Origin: Auanema rhodensis
Lineage: Eukaryota > Animalia > Nematoda
Assembly (NCBI GenBank): GCA_964057225.1
Contig: OZ059894.1
Coordinates: forward strand, 3,844,001 to 3,908,000
Reading direction: 5' to 3'
Length of the DNA: 64,000 bases
Shown: positions 26,672 through 41,100 of the stretch, piece after piece
Numbering within the stretch: the stretch's first letter is position 1
Layout: each line of letters begins with the position of its first letter
Made by a program: the position numbers and the translations under genes
Notes under the pieces: generated by a model
The model's database searches: none
What the model was told of the DNA's origin: nothing
The model's input: the letters and a program-made list of their open reading frames with translations, nothing else

Positions 26672-29600
26672 TTTTTGTCGAAATGTTTTTGGAAGCAGTG
26701 TTGAGTGTACATGGAAACTCAACATACACTAATGCATCATTTTTCAAACGATCATAACTAATTTTTGTATCAAGCGTTTCTCAATGTAGTGTAGTGCATT
26801 CCATGCGGTTTTTTAAGCTGCGTCGATCTGTGTTATCAGATTTGCGCTAGCTTAAAAATGCACCGAGATATCAACTGATATAAGTTCACACTTATATCCT
26901 CGATTTTCACCCTGAAGAATTAATTTTTTCGTTGAATAACATTGTCCATCGTCTTTGCCTTGAAAAAAGGAATCTAAAAACATCTACTTTTTGCTAAATT
27001 ATTTTGAAATTTTTCGAAAAAATTTTTGTCAAAATGTTTTTGGAAGCAATGTTGAGTGTACATGGAAACTCAACATACACTAATGCATCATTTTTCAAAC
27101 GATCATAACTAATTTTTGTATTAAGCGTTTCTCAATGTAGTATAGTGCATTCGATGCGGATTTTTAAGCTGCGTCGATCTGTGTTATCAGATTTGCGCTA
27201 ACTTAAAAATGCACCGAGATATCAACTGATATAAGTTCACACTTATATCCTCGATTTTCACCCTGAAGGAATAATTTTTTTGTTGAATAACATTGTCCAT
27301 CGTCTTTGCCTTGAAAATTGGAATCTAAAAACATCTACTTTTTGCTAAATTATTTTGAAATTTTTCGAAAAAATTTTTGTCAAAATGTTTTTGGAAGCAA
27401 TGTTGAGTGTACATGGAAACTCAACATACACTAATGCATCATTTTTCAAACGATCATAACTAATTTTTGTATCAAGCGTTTCTCAATGTAGTTTAGTGCA
27501 TTCGATGCGGATTTTTAAGCTGCGTCGATCTGTGTTATCAGATTTGCGCTAGCTTAAAAATGCACCGAGATATCAACTGATATAAGTTCACACTTATATC
27601 CTCGATTTTCACCCTGAAGAATTAATTTTTTCGTTGAATAACATTGTCCATCGTCTTTGCCTTGAAAAAAGAAATCTAAAAACATCTACTTTTTGCTAAA
27701 TTATTTTGAAATTTTTCGAAAAAATTTTTGTCAAAATGTTTTTGGAAGCAGTGTTGAGTGTACATGGAAACTCAACATACACTAATGCATCATTTTTCAA
27801 ACGATCATAACTAATTTTTGTATCAAGCGTTTCTCAATGTAGTATAGTGCATTCGATGCGGATTTTTAAGCTGCGTCGATCTGTGTTATCAGATTTGCGC
27901 TAGCTTAAAAATGCACCGAGATATCAACTGATATAAGTTCACACTTATATCCTCGATTTTCACCCTGAAGAATTAATTTTTTCGTTGAATAACATTGTCC
28001 ATCGTCTTTGCCTTGAAAAAAGGAATCTAAAAACATCTACTTTTTGCTAAATTATTTTGAAATTTTTTGAAAAAATTTTTGTCAAAATGTTTTTGGAAGC
28101 AATGTTGAGTGTACATGGAAACTCAACATACACTAATGCATCATTTTTCAAACGATCATAACTAATTTTTGTATCAAGCGTTTCTCAATGTAGTTTAGTG
28201 CATTCGATGCGGATTTTTAAGCTGCGTCGATCTGTGTTATCAGATTTGCGCTAGCTTAAAAATGCACCGAGATATCAACTGATATAAGTTCACACTTATA
28301 TCCTCGATTTTCACCCTGAAGAATTAATTTTTTCGTTGAATAACATTGTCCATCGTCTTTGCCTTGAAAAAAGGAATCTAAAAACATCTACTTTTTGCTA
28401 AATTATTCTGAAATTTTTTGAAAAAATTTTTGTCAAAATGTTTTTGGAAGCAATGTTGAGTGTACATGGAAACTCAACATACACTAATGCATCATTTTTC
28501 AAACGATCATAACTAATTTTTGTATTGAGCGTTTCTCAATGTAGTATAGTGCATTCGATGCGGATTTTTAAGCTGCGTCGATCTGTGTTATCAGATGTGC
28601 GCTAGCTTAAAAATGCACCGAGATATCAACTGATATAAGTTCACACTTATATCCTCGATTTTCACCCTGAAGGAATAATTTTTTCGTTGAATAACATTGT
28701 CCATCGTCTTTGCCATGAAAAAAGGAATCTAAAAACATCTACTTTTCGCTAAATTATTTTGAAATTTTTCGAAAAAATTTTTGTCAAAATGTTTTTGGAA
28801 GCAATGTTGAGTGTACATGGAAACTCAACATACACTAATGCATCATTTTTCAAACGATCATAACTAATTTTTGTATCAAGCGTTTCTCAATGTAGTTTAG
28901 TGCATTCGATGCGGATTTTTAAGCTGCGTCGATCTGTGTTATCAGATTTGCGCTAGCTTAAAAATGCACCGAGATATCAACTGATATAAGTTCACACTTA
29001 TATCCTCGATTTTCACCCTGAAGGAATAATTTTTTCGTTGAATAACATTGTCCATCGTCTTTGCCTTGAAAAATGGAATCTAAAAACATCTACTTTTTGC
29101 TAAATTATTTTGAAATTTTTCGAAAAAATTTTTGTCAAAATGTTTTTGGAAGCAATGTTGAGTGTACATGGAAACTCAACATACACTAATGCATCATTTT
29201 TCAAACGATCATAACTAATTTTTGTATCAAGCGTTTCTCAATGTAGTTTAGTGCATTCGATGCGGATTTTTAAGCTGCGTCGATCTGTGTTATCAGATTT
29301 GCGCTAGCTTAAAAATGCACCGAGATATCAACTGATATAAGTTCACACTTATATCCTCGATTTTCACCCTGAAGGAATAATTTTTTCGTTGAATAACATT
29401 GTCCATCGTCTTTGCCTTAAAAAATGGAATCTAAAAACATCTACTTTTTGCTAAATTATTTTGAAATTTTTCGAAAAAATTTTTGTCAAAATGTTTTTGG
29501 AAGCAATGTTGAGTGTACATGGAAACTCAACATACACTAATGCATCATTTTTCAAACGATCATAACTAATTTTTGTATTGAGCGTTTCTCAATGTAGTAT

Positions 29601-32600
29601 AGTGCATTCGATGCGGATTTTTAAGCTGCGTCGATCTGTGTTATCAGATGTGCGCTAGCTTAAAAATGCACCGAGATATCAACTGATATAAGTTCACACT
29701 TATATCCTCGATTTTCACCCTGAAGAATTAATTTTTTCGTTGAATAACATTGTCCATCGTCTTTGCCTTGAAAAAAGGAATCTAAAAACATCTACTTTTT
29801 GCTAAATTATTTTGAAATTTTTCGAAAAAATTTTTGTCAAAATGTTTTTGGAAGCAATGTTGAGTGTACATGGAAACTCAACATACACTAATGCATCATT
29901 TTTCAAACGATCATAACTAATTTTTGTATTAAGCGTTTCTCAATGTAGTATAGTGCATTCGATGCGGATTTTTAAGCTGCGTCGATCTGTGTTATCAGAT
30001 TTGCGCTAACTTAAAAATGCACCGAGATATCAACTGATATAAGTTCACACTTATATCCTCGATTTTCACCCTGAAGGAATAATTTTTTTGTTGAATAACA
30101 TTGTCCATAGTCTTTGCCTTGAAAATTGGAATCTAAAAACATCTACTTTTTGCTAAATTATTTTGAAATTTTTCGAAAAAATTTTTGTCAAAATGTTTTT
30201 GGAAGCAATGTTGAGTGTACATGGAAACTCAACATACACTAATGCATCATTTTTCAAACGATCATAACTAATTTTTGTATCAAGCGTTTCTCAATGTAGT
30301 TTAGTGCATTCGATGCGGATTTTTAAGCTGCGTCGATCTGTGTTATCAGATTTGCGCTAGCTTAAAAATGCACCGAGATATCAACTGATATAAGTTCACA
30401 CTTATATCCTCGATTTTCACCCTGAAGGAATGATTTTTTCGTTGAATAACATTGTCCATCGTCTTTGCCTTGAAAAAAGGAATCTAAAAACATCTACTTT
30501 TTGCTAAATTATTTTGAAATTTTTCGAAAAAATTTTTGTCAAAATGTTTTTGGAAGCAGTGTTGAGTGTACATGGAAACTCAACATACACTAATGCATCA
30601 TTTTTCAAACGATCATAACTAATTTTTGTATCAAGCGTTTCTCAATGTAGTATAGTGCATTCGATGCGGATTTTTAAGCTGCGTCGATCTGTGTTATCAG
30701 ATTTGCGCTAGCTTAAAAATGCACCGAGATATCAACTGATATAAGTTCACACTTATATCCTCGATTTTCACCCTGAAGGAATAATTTTTTCGTTGAATAA
30801 CATTGTCCATCGTCTTTGCCTTGAAAAATGGAATCTAAAAACATCTACTTTTTGCTAAATTATTTTGAAATTTTTCGAAAAATTTTTTGTCAAAATGTTT
30901 TTGGAAGCAATGTTGAGTGTACATGGAAACTCAACATACACTAATGCATCATTTTTCAAACGATCATAACTAATTTTTGTATTGAGCGTTTCTCAATGTA
31001 GTATAGTGCATTCGATGCGGATTTTTAAGCTGCGTCGATCTGTGTTATCAGATGTGCGCTAGCTTAAAAATGCACCGAGATATCAACTGATATAAGTTCA
31101 CACTTATATCCTCGATTTTCACCCTGAAGAATTAATTTTTTCGTTGAATAACATTGTCCATCGTCTTTGCCTTGAAAAAAGGAATCTAAAAACATCTACT
31201 TTTTGCTAAATTATTTTGAAATTTTTCGAAAAAATTTTTGTCAAAATGTTTTTGGAAGCAGTGTTGAGTGTACATGGAAACTCAACATACACTAATGCAT
31301 CATTTTTCAAACGATCATAACTAATTTTTGTATCAAGCGTTTCTCAATGTAGTGTAGTGCATTCCATGCGGTTTTTTAAGCTGCGTCGATCTGTGTTATC
31401 AGATTTGCGCTAGCTTAAAAATGCACCGAGATATCAACTGATATAAGTTCACACTTATATCCTCGATTTTCACCCTGAAGAATTAATTTTTTCGTTGAAT
31501 AACATTGTCCATCGTCTTTGCCTTGAAAAAAGGAATCTAAAAACATCTACTTTTTGCTAAATTATTTTGAAATTTTTCGAAAAAATTTTTGTCAAAATGT
31601 TTTTGGAAGCAATGTTGAGTGTACATGGAAACTCAACATACACTAATGCATCATTTTTCAAACGATCATAACTAATTTTTGTATTAAGCGTTTCTCAATG
31701 TAGTATAGTGCATTCGATGCGGATTTTTAAGCTGCGTCGATCTGTGTTATCAGATTTGCGCTAACTTAAAAATGCACCGAGATATCAACTGATATAAGTT
31801 CACACTTATATCCTCGATTTTCACCCTGAAGGAATAATTTTTTTGTTGAATAACATTGTCCATCGTCTTTGCCTTGAAAATTGGAATCTAAAAACATCTA
31901 CTTTTTGCTAAATTATTTTGAAATTTTTCGAAAAAATTTTTGTCAAAATGTTTTTGGAAGCAATGTTGAGTGTACATGGAAACTCAACATACACTAATGC
32001 ATCATTTTTCAAACGATCATAACTAATTTTTGTATCAAGCGTTTCTCAATGTAGTTTAATGCATTCGATGCGGATTTTTAAGCTGCGTCGATCTGTGTTA
32101 TCAGATTTGCGCTAGCTTAAAAATGCACCGAGATATCAACTGATATAAGTTCACACTTATATCCTCGATTTTCACCCTGAAGAATTAATTTTTTCGTTGA
32201 ATAACATTGTCCATCGTCTTTGCCTTGAAAAAAGGAATCTAAAAACATCTACTTTTTGCTAAATTATTTTGAAATTTTTCGAAAAAATTTTTGTCAAAAT
32301 GTTTTTGGAAGCAGTGTTGAGTGTACATGGAAACTCAACATACACTAATGCATCATTTTTCAAACGATCATAACTAATTTTTGTATCAAGCGTTTCTCAA
32401 TGTAGTATAGTGCATTCGATGCGGATTTTTAAGCTGCGTCGATCTGTGTTATCAGATTTGCGCTAGCTTAAAAATGCACCGAGATATCAACTGATATAAG
32501 TTCACACTTATATCCTCGATTTTCACCCTGAAGAATTAATTTTTTCGTTGAATAACATTGTCCATCGTCTTTGCCTTGAAAAAAGGAATCTAAAAACATC

Positions 32601-32638
32601 TACTTTTTGCTAAATTATTTTGAAATTTTTTGAAAAAA

Positions 32639-35446
32639 TTTTTGTCAAAATGTTTTTGGAAGCAATGTTGAGTGTACATGGAAACTCAACATACACTAAT
32701 GCATCATTTTTCAAACGATCATAACTAATTTTTGTATCAAGCGTTTCTCAATGTAGTTTAGTGTATTCGATGCGGATTTTTAAGCTGCGTCGATCTGTGT
32801 TATCAGATTTGCGCTAGCTTAAAAATGCACCGAGATATCAACTGATATAAGTTCACACTTATATCCTCGATTTTCACCCTGAAGAATTAATTTTTTCGTT
32901 GAATAACATTGTCCATCGTCTTTGCCTTGAAAAAAGGAATCTAAAAACATCTACTTTTTGCTAAATTATTTTGAAATTTTTTGAAAAAATTTTTGTCAAA
33001 ATGTTTTTGGAAGCAATGTTGAGTGTACATGGAAACTCAACATACACTAATGCATCATTTTTCAAACGATCATAACTAATTTTTGTATTGAGCGTTTCTC
33101 AATGTAGTATAGTGCATTCGATGCGGATTTTTAAGCTGCGTCGATCTGTGTTATCAGATGTGCGCTAGCTTAAAAATGCACCGAGATATCAACTGATATA
33201 AGTTCACACTTATATCCTCGATTTTCACCCTGAAGGAATAATTTTTTCGTTGAATAACATTGTCCATCGTCTTTGCCATGAAAAAAGGAATCTAAAAACA
33301 TCTACTTTTCGCTAAATTATTTTGAAATTTTTCGAAAAAATTTTTGTCAAAATGTTTTTGGAAGCAATGTTGAGTGTACATGGAAACTCAACATACACTA
33401 ATGCATCATTTTTCAAACGATCATAACTAATTTTTGTATCAAGCGTTTCTCAATGTAGTTTAGTGCATTCGATGCGGATTTTTAAGCTGCGTCGATCTGT
33501 GTTATCAGATTTGCGCTAGCTTAAAAATGCACCGAGATATCAACTGATATAAGTTCACACTTATATCCTCGATTTTCACCCTGAAGGAATAATTTTTTCG
33601 TTGAATAACATTGTCCATCGTCTTTGCCTTGAAAAATGGAATCTAAAAACATCTACTTTTTGCTAAATTATTTTGAAATTTTTCGAAAAAATTTTTGTCA
33701 AAATGTTTTTGGAAGCAATGTTGAGTGTACATGGAAACTCAACATACACTAATGCATCATTTTTCAAACGATCATAACTAATTTTTGTATCAAGCGTTTC
33801 TCAATGTAGTTTAGTGCATTCGATGCGGATTTTTAAGCTGCGTCGATCTGTGTTATCAGATTTGCGCTAGCTTAAAAATGCACCGAGATATCAACTGATA
33901 TAAGTTCACACTTATATCCTCGATTTTCACCCTGAAGGAATGATTTTTTCGTTGAATAACATTGTCCATCGTCTTTGCCATGAAAAAAGGAATCTAAAAA
34001 CATCTACTTTTTGCTAAATTATTTTGAAATTTTTCGAAAAAATTTTTGTCAAAATGTTTTTGGAAGCAATGTTGAGTGTACATGGAAACTCAACATACAC
34101 TAATGCATCATTTTTCAAACGATCATAACTAATTTTTGTATCAAGCGTTTCTCAATGTAGTTTAGTGTATTCGATGCGGATTTTTAAGCTGCGTCGATCT
34201 GTGTTATCAGATTTGCGCTAGCTTAAAAATGCACCGAGATATCAACTGATATAAGTTCACACTTATATCCTCGATTTTCACCCTGAAGAATTAATTTTTT
34301 CGTTGAATAACATTGTCCATCGTCTTTGCCTTGAAAAAAGGAATCTAAAAACATCTACTTTTTGCTAAATTATTTTGAAATTTTTTGAAAAAATTTTTGT
34401 CAAAATGTTTTTGGAAGCAATGTTGAGTGTACATGGAAACTCAACATACACTAATGCATCATTTTTCAAACGATCATAACTAATTTTTGTATTGAGCGTT
34501 TCTCAATGTAGTATAGTGCATTCGATGCGGATTTTTAAGCTGCGTCGATCTGTGTTATCAGATGTGCGCTAGCTTAAAAATGCACCGAGATATCAACTGA
34601 TATAAGTTCACACTTATATCCTCGATTTTCACCCTGAAGGAATAATTTTTTCGTTGAATAACATTGTCCATCGTCTTTGCCATGAAATAAGGAATCTAAA
34701 AACATCTACTTTTCGCTAAATTATTTTGAAATTTTTCGAAAAAATTTTTGTCAAAATGTTTTTGGAAGCAATGTTGAGTGTACATGGAAACTCAACATAC
34801 ACTAATGCATCATTTTTCAAACGATCATAACTAATTTTTGTATCAAGCGTTTCTCAATGTAGTTTAGTGCATTCGATGCGGATTTTTAAGCTGCGTCGAT
34901 CTGTGTTATCAGATTTGCGCTAGCTTAAAAATGCACCGAGATATCAACTGATATAAGTTCACACTTATATCCTCGATTTTCACCCTGAAGGAATAATTTT
35001 TTCGTTGAATAACATTGTCCATCGTCTTTGCCTTGAAAAATGGAATCTAAAAACATCTACTTTTTGCTAAATTATTTTGAAATTTTTCGAAAAAATTTTT
35101 GTCAAAATGTTTTTGGAAGCAATGTTGAGTGTACATGGAAACTCAACATACACTAATGCATCATTTTTCAAACGATCATAACTAATTTTTGTATCAAGCG
35201 TTTCTCAATGTAGTTTAGTGCATTCGATGCGGATTTTTAAGCTGCGTCGATCTGTGTTATCAGATTTGCGCTAGCTTAAAAATGCACCGAGATATCAACT
35301 GATATAAGTTCACACTTATATCCTCGATTTTCACCCTGAAGGAATGATTTTTTCGTTGAATAACATTGTCCATCGTCTTTGCCATGAAAAAAGGAATCTA
35401 AAAACATCTACTTTTTGCTAAATTATTTTGAAATTTTTCGAAAAAA
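32639..35446. repeat. Local 4-monomer (1404-bp) tandem duplication
   Basis: Monomers starting at 32639, 32990, 33341 and 33692 are repeated in order at 34043, 34394, 34745 and 35096 (GTGTATTC monomer, then the ATTGAG/GATGTG/TTTCGC monomer, and so on). Confidence 0.8.
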
Positions 35447-38199
35447 TTTTTGTCAAAATGTTTTTGGAAGCAATGTTGAGTGTACATGGAAACTCAACAT
35501 ACACTAATGCATCATTTTTCAAACGATCATAACTAATTTTTGTATTAAGCGTTTCTCAATGTAGTGTAGTGCATTCGATGCGGATTTTTAAGCTGCGTCG
35601 ATCTGTGTTATCAGATTTGCGCTAACTTAAAAATGCACCGAGATATCAACTGATATAAGTTCACACTTATATCCTCGATTTTCACCCTGAAGGAATAATT
35701 TTTTCGTTGAATAACATTGTCCATCGTCTGTGCCTTGAAAAATGGAATCTAAAAACATTTACTTTTTGCTAAATTATTTTAAAATTTTTCGAAAAAATTT
35801 TTGTCAAAATGTTTTTGGAAGCAATGTTGAGTGTACATGGAAACTCAACATAAACTAATGCATCATTTTTCAAACGATCATAACTAATTTTTGTATCAAG
35901 CGTTTCTCAATGTAGTTTAGTGCATTCGATGCGGATTTTTAAGCTGCGTCGATCTGTGTTATCAGATGTGCGCTAGCTTAAAAATGCACCGAGATATCAA
36001 CTGATATAAGTTCACACTTATATCCTCGATTTTCACCCTGAAGGAATGATTTTTTCGTTGAATAACATTGTCCATCGTCTTTGCCATGAAAAAAGAAATC
36101 TAAAAACATCTACTTTTTGCTAAATTATTTTGAAATTTTTCGAAAAAATTTTTGTCAAAATGTTTTTGGAAGCATTGTTGAGTGTACATGGAAACTCAAC
36201 ATACACTAATGCATCATTTTTCAAACGATCATAACTAATTTTTGTATCAAGCGTTTCTCAATGTAGTTTAGTGCATTCGATGCGGATTTTTAAGCTGCGT
36301 CGATCTGTGTTATCAGATTTGCGCTAGCTTAAAAATGCACCGAGATATCAACTGATATAAGTTCACACTTATATCCTCGATTTTCACCCTTAAGGAATGA
36401 TTTTTTCGTTGAATAACATTGTCCATCGTCTTTGCCATGAAAAAAGGAATCTAAAAACATCTACTTTTCGCTAAATTATTTTGAAATTTTTCGAAAAAAT
36501 TTTTGTCAAAATGTTTTTGGAAGCAATGTTGAGTGTACATGGAAACTCAACATACACTAATGCATCATTTTTCAAACGATCATAACTAATTTTTGTATTG
36601 AGCGTTTCTCAATGTAGTATAGTGCATTCGATGCGGATTTTTAAGCTGCGTCGATCTGTGTTATCAGATTTGCGCTAACTTAAAAATGCACCGAGATATC
36701 AACTGATATAAGTTCACACTTATATCCTCGATTTTCACCCTGAAGAATTAATTTTTTTGTTGAATAACATTGTCCATCGTCTTTGCCTTGAAAATTGGAA
36801 TCTAAAAACATCTACTTTTTGCTAAATTATTTTGAAATTTTTCGAAAAAATTTTTGTCAAAATGTTTTTGGAAGCAATGTTGAGTGTACATGGAAACTCA
36901 ACATACACTAATGCATCATTTTTCAAACGATCATAACTAATTTTTGTATCAAGCGTTTCTCAATGTAGTATAGTGCATTCGATGCGGATTTTTAAGCTGC
37001 GTCGATCTGTGTTATCAGATTTGCGCTAACTTAAAAATGCACCGAGATATCAACTGATATAAGTTCACACTTATATCCTCGATTTTCACCCTGAAGGAAT
37101 AATTTTTTTGTTGAATAACATTGTCCATCGTCTTTGCCTTGAAAATTGGAATCTAAAAACATCTACTTTTTGCTAAATTATTTTGAAATTTTTCGAAAAA
37201 ATTTTTGTCAAAATGTTTTTGGAAGCAATGTTGAGTGTACATGGAAACTCAACATACACTAATGCATCATTTTTCAAACGATCATAACTAATTTTTGTAT
37301 CAAGCGTTTCTCAATGTAGTTTAGTGCATTCGATGCGGATTTTTAAGCTGCGTCGATCTGTGTTATCAGATTTGCGCTAGCTTAAAAATGCACCGAGATA
37401 TCAACTGATATAAGTTCACACTTATATCCTCGATTTTCACCCTGAAGAATTAATTTTTTCGTTGAATAACATTGTCCATCGTCTTTGCCTTGAAAAAAGG
37501 AATCTAAAAACATCTACTTTTTGCTAAATTATTTTGAAATTTTTTGAAAAAATTTTTGTCAAAATGTTTTTGGAAGCAATGTTGAGTGTACATGGAAACT
37601 CAACATACACTAATGCATCATTTTTCAAACGATCATAACTAATTTTTGTATTGAGCGTTTCTCAATGTAGTTTAGTGTATTCGATGCGGATTTTTAAGCT
37701 GCGTCGATCTGTGTTATCAGATTTGCGCTAGCTTAAAAATGCACCGAGATATCAACTGATATAAGTTCACACTTATATCCTCGATTTTCACCCTGAAGAA
37801 TTAATTTTTTCGTTGAATAACATTGTCAATCGTCTTTGCCTTGAAAATTGGAATCTAAAAACATCTACTTTTTGCTAAATTATTTTGAAATTTTTCGAAA
37901 AAATTTTTGTCAAAATGTTTTTGGAAGCAATGTTGAGTGTACATGGAAACTCAACATACACTAATGCATCATTTTTCAAACGATCATAACTAATTTTTGT
38001 ATCAAGCGTTTCTCAATGTAGTTTAGTGCATTCGATGCGGATTTTTAAGCTGCGTCGATCTGTGTTATCAGATTTGCGCTAGCTTAAAAATGCACCGAGA
38101 TATCAACTGATATAAGTTCACACTTATATCCTCGATTTTCACCCTGAAGAATTAATTTTTTCGTTGAATAACATTGTCCATCGTCTTTGCCTTGAAAAA

Positions 38200-41100
38200 A
38201 GGAATCTAAAAACATCTACTTTTTGCTAAATTATTTTGAAATTTTTTGAAAAAATTTTTGTCAAAATGTTTTTGGAAGCAATGTTGAGTGTACATGGAAA
38301 CTCAACATACACTAATGCATCATTTTTCAAACGATCATAACTAATTTTTGTATTGAGCGTTTCTCAATGTAGTTTAGTGTATTCGATGCGGATTTTTAAG
38401 CTGCGTCGATCTGTGTTATCAGATTTGCGCTAGCTTAAAAATGCACCGAGATATCAACTGATATAAGTTCACACTTATATCCTCGATTTTCACCCTGAAG
38501 AATTAATTTTTTCGTTGAATAACATTGTCCATCGTCTTTGCCTTGAAAAAAGGAATCTAAAAACATCTACTTTTTGCTAAATTATTTTGAAATTTTTTGA
38601 AAAAATTTTTGTCAAAATGTTTTTGGAAGCAATGTTGAGTGTACATGGAAACTCAACATACACTAATGCATCATTTTTCAAACGATCATAACTAATTTTT
38701 GTATTGAGCGTTTCTCAATGTAGTATAGTGCATTCGATGCGGATTTTTAAGCTGCGTCGATCTGTGTTATCAGATGTGCGCTAGCTTAAAAATGCACCGA
38801 GATATCAACTGATATAAGTTCACACTTATATCCTCGATTTTCACCCTGAAGGAATAATTTTTTCGTTGAATAACATTGTCCATCGTCTTTGCCATGAAAA
38901 AAGGAATCTAAAAACATCTACTTTTCGCTAAATTATTTTGAAATTTTTCGAAAAAATTTTTGTCAAAATGTTTTTGGAAGCAATGTTGAGTGTACATGGA
39001 AACTCAACATACACTAATGCATCATTTTTCAAACGATCATAACTAATTTTTGTATCAAGCGTTTCTCAATGTAGTTTAGTGCATTCGATGCGGATTTTTA
39101 AGCTGCGTCGATCTGTGTTATCAGATTTGCGCTAGCTTAAAAATGCACCGAGATATCAACTGATATAAGTTCACACTTATATCCTCGATTTTCACCCTGA
39201 AGAATTAATTTTTTCGTTGAATAACATTGTCCATCGTCTTTGCCTTGAGAAAAGGAATCTAAAAACATCTACTTTTTGCTAAATTATTTTGAAATTTTTT
39301 GAAAAAATTTTTGTCAAAATGTTTTTGGAAGCAATGTTGAGTGTACATGGAAACTCAACATACACTAATGCATCATTTTTCAAACGATCATAACTAATTT
39401 TTGTATTGAGCGTTTCTCAATGTAGTATAGTGCATTCGATGCGGATTTTTAAGCTGCGTCGATCTGTGTTATCAGATGTGCGCTAGCTTAAAAATGCACC
39501 GAGATATCAACTGATATAAGTTCACACTTATATCCTCGATTTTCACCCTGAAGGAATAATTTTTTCGTTGAATAACATTGTCCATCGTCTTTGCCATGAA
39601 AAAAGGAATCCAAAAACATCTACTTTTCGCTAAATTATTTTGAAATTTTTCGAAAAAATTTTTGTCAAAATGTTTTTGGAAGCAATGTTGAGTGTACATG
39701 GAAACTCAACATACACTAATGCATCATTTTTCAAACGATCATAACTAATTTTTGTATCAAGCGTTTCTCAATGTAGTTTAGTGCATTCGATGCGGATTTT
39801 TAAGCTGCGTCGATCTGTGTTATCAGATTTGCGCTAGCTTAAAAATGCACCGAGATATCAACTGATATAAGTTCACACTTATATCCTCGATTTTCACCCT
39901 GAAGGAATGATTTTTTCGTTGAATAACATTGTCCATCGTCTTTGCCTTGAAAAATGGAATCTAAAAACATCTACTTTTTGCTAAATTATTTTGAAATTTT
40001 TCGAAAAAATTTTTGTCAAAATGTTTTTGGAAGCAATGTTGAGTGTACATGGAAACTCAACATACACTAATGCATCATTTTTCAAACGATCAAAACTAAT
40101 TTTTGTATCAAGCGTTTCTCAATGTAGTTTAGTGCATTCGATGCGGATTTTTAAGCTGCGTCGATCTGTGTTATCAGATTTGCGCTAGCTTAAAAATGCA
40201 CCGAGATATCAACTGATATAAGTTCACACTTATATCCTCGATTTTCACCCTGAAGGAATGATTTTTTCGTTGAATAACATTGTCCATCGTCTTTGCCATG
40301 AAAAAAGGAATCTAAAAACATCTACTTTTTGCTAAATTATTTTGAAATTTTTCGAAAAAATTTTTGTCAAAATGTTTTTGGAAGCAATGTTGAGTGTACA
40401 TGGAAACTCAACATACACTAATGCATCATTTTTCAAACGATCATAATTAATTTTTGTATTAAGCGTTTCTCAATGTAGTGTAGTGCATTCGATGCGGATT
40501 TTTAAGCTGCGTCGATCTGTGTTATCAGATTTGCGCTAACTTAAAAATGCACCGAGATATCAACTGATATAAGTTCACACTTATATCCTCGATTTTCACC
40601 CTGAAGGAATAATTTTTTCGTTGAATAACATTGTCCATTGTCTTTGCCTTGAAAAATGGAATCTAAAAACATCTACTTTTTGCTAAATTATTTTAAAATT
40701 TTTCGAAAAAATTTTTGTCAAAATGTTTTTGGAAGCAATGTTGAGTGTACATGGAAACTCAACATACACTAATGCATCATTTTTCAAACGATCATAACTA
40801 ATTTTTGTATCAAGCGTTTCTCAATGTAGTTTAGTGCATTCGATGCGGATTTTTAAGCTGCGTCGATCTGTGTTATCAGATGTGCGCTAGCTTAAAAATG
40901 CACCGAGATATCAACTGATATAAGTTCACACTTATATCCTCGATTTTCACCCTGAAGGAATGATTTTTTCGTTGAATAACATTGTCCATCGTCTTTGCCA
41001 TGAAAAAAGAAATCTAAAAACATCTACTTTTTGCTAAATTATTTTGAAATTTTTCGAAAAAATTTTTGTCAAAATGTTTTTGGAAGCATTGTTGAGTGTA

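Noticed and set aside
39472-39699. 75-aa minus-strand ORF
   Set aside because: The same frame is opened by a singleton T>C at 39611. There is no recognisable domain.
39991-40188. 65-aa plus-strand ORF
   Set aside because: It has a TTG start and is opened by a singleton CATAAC>CAAAAC stop loss at ~40093, so it is a chance ORF.
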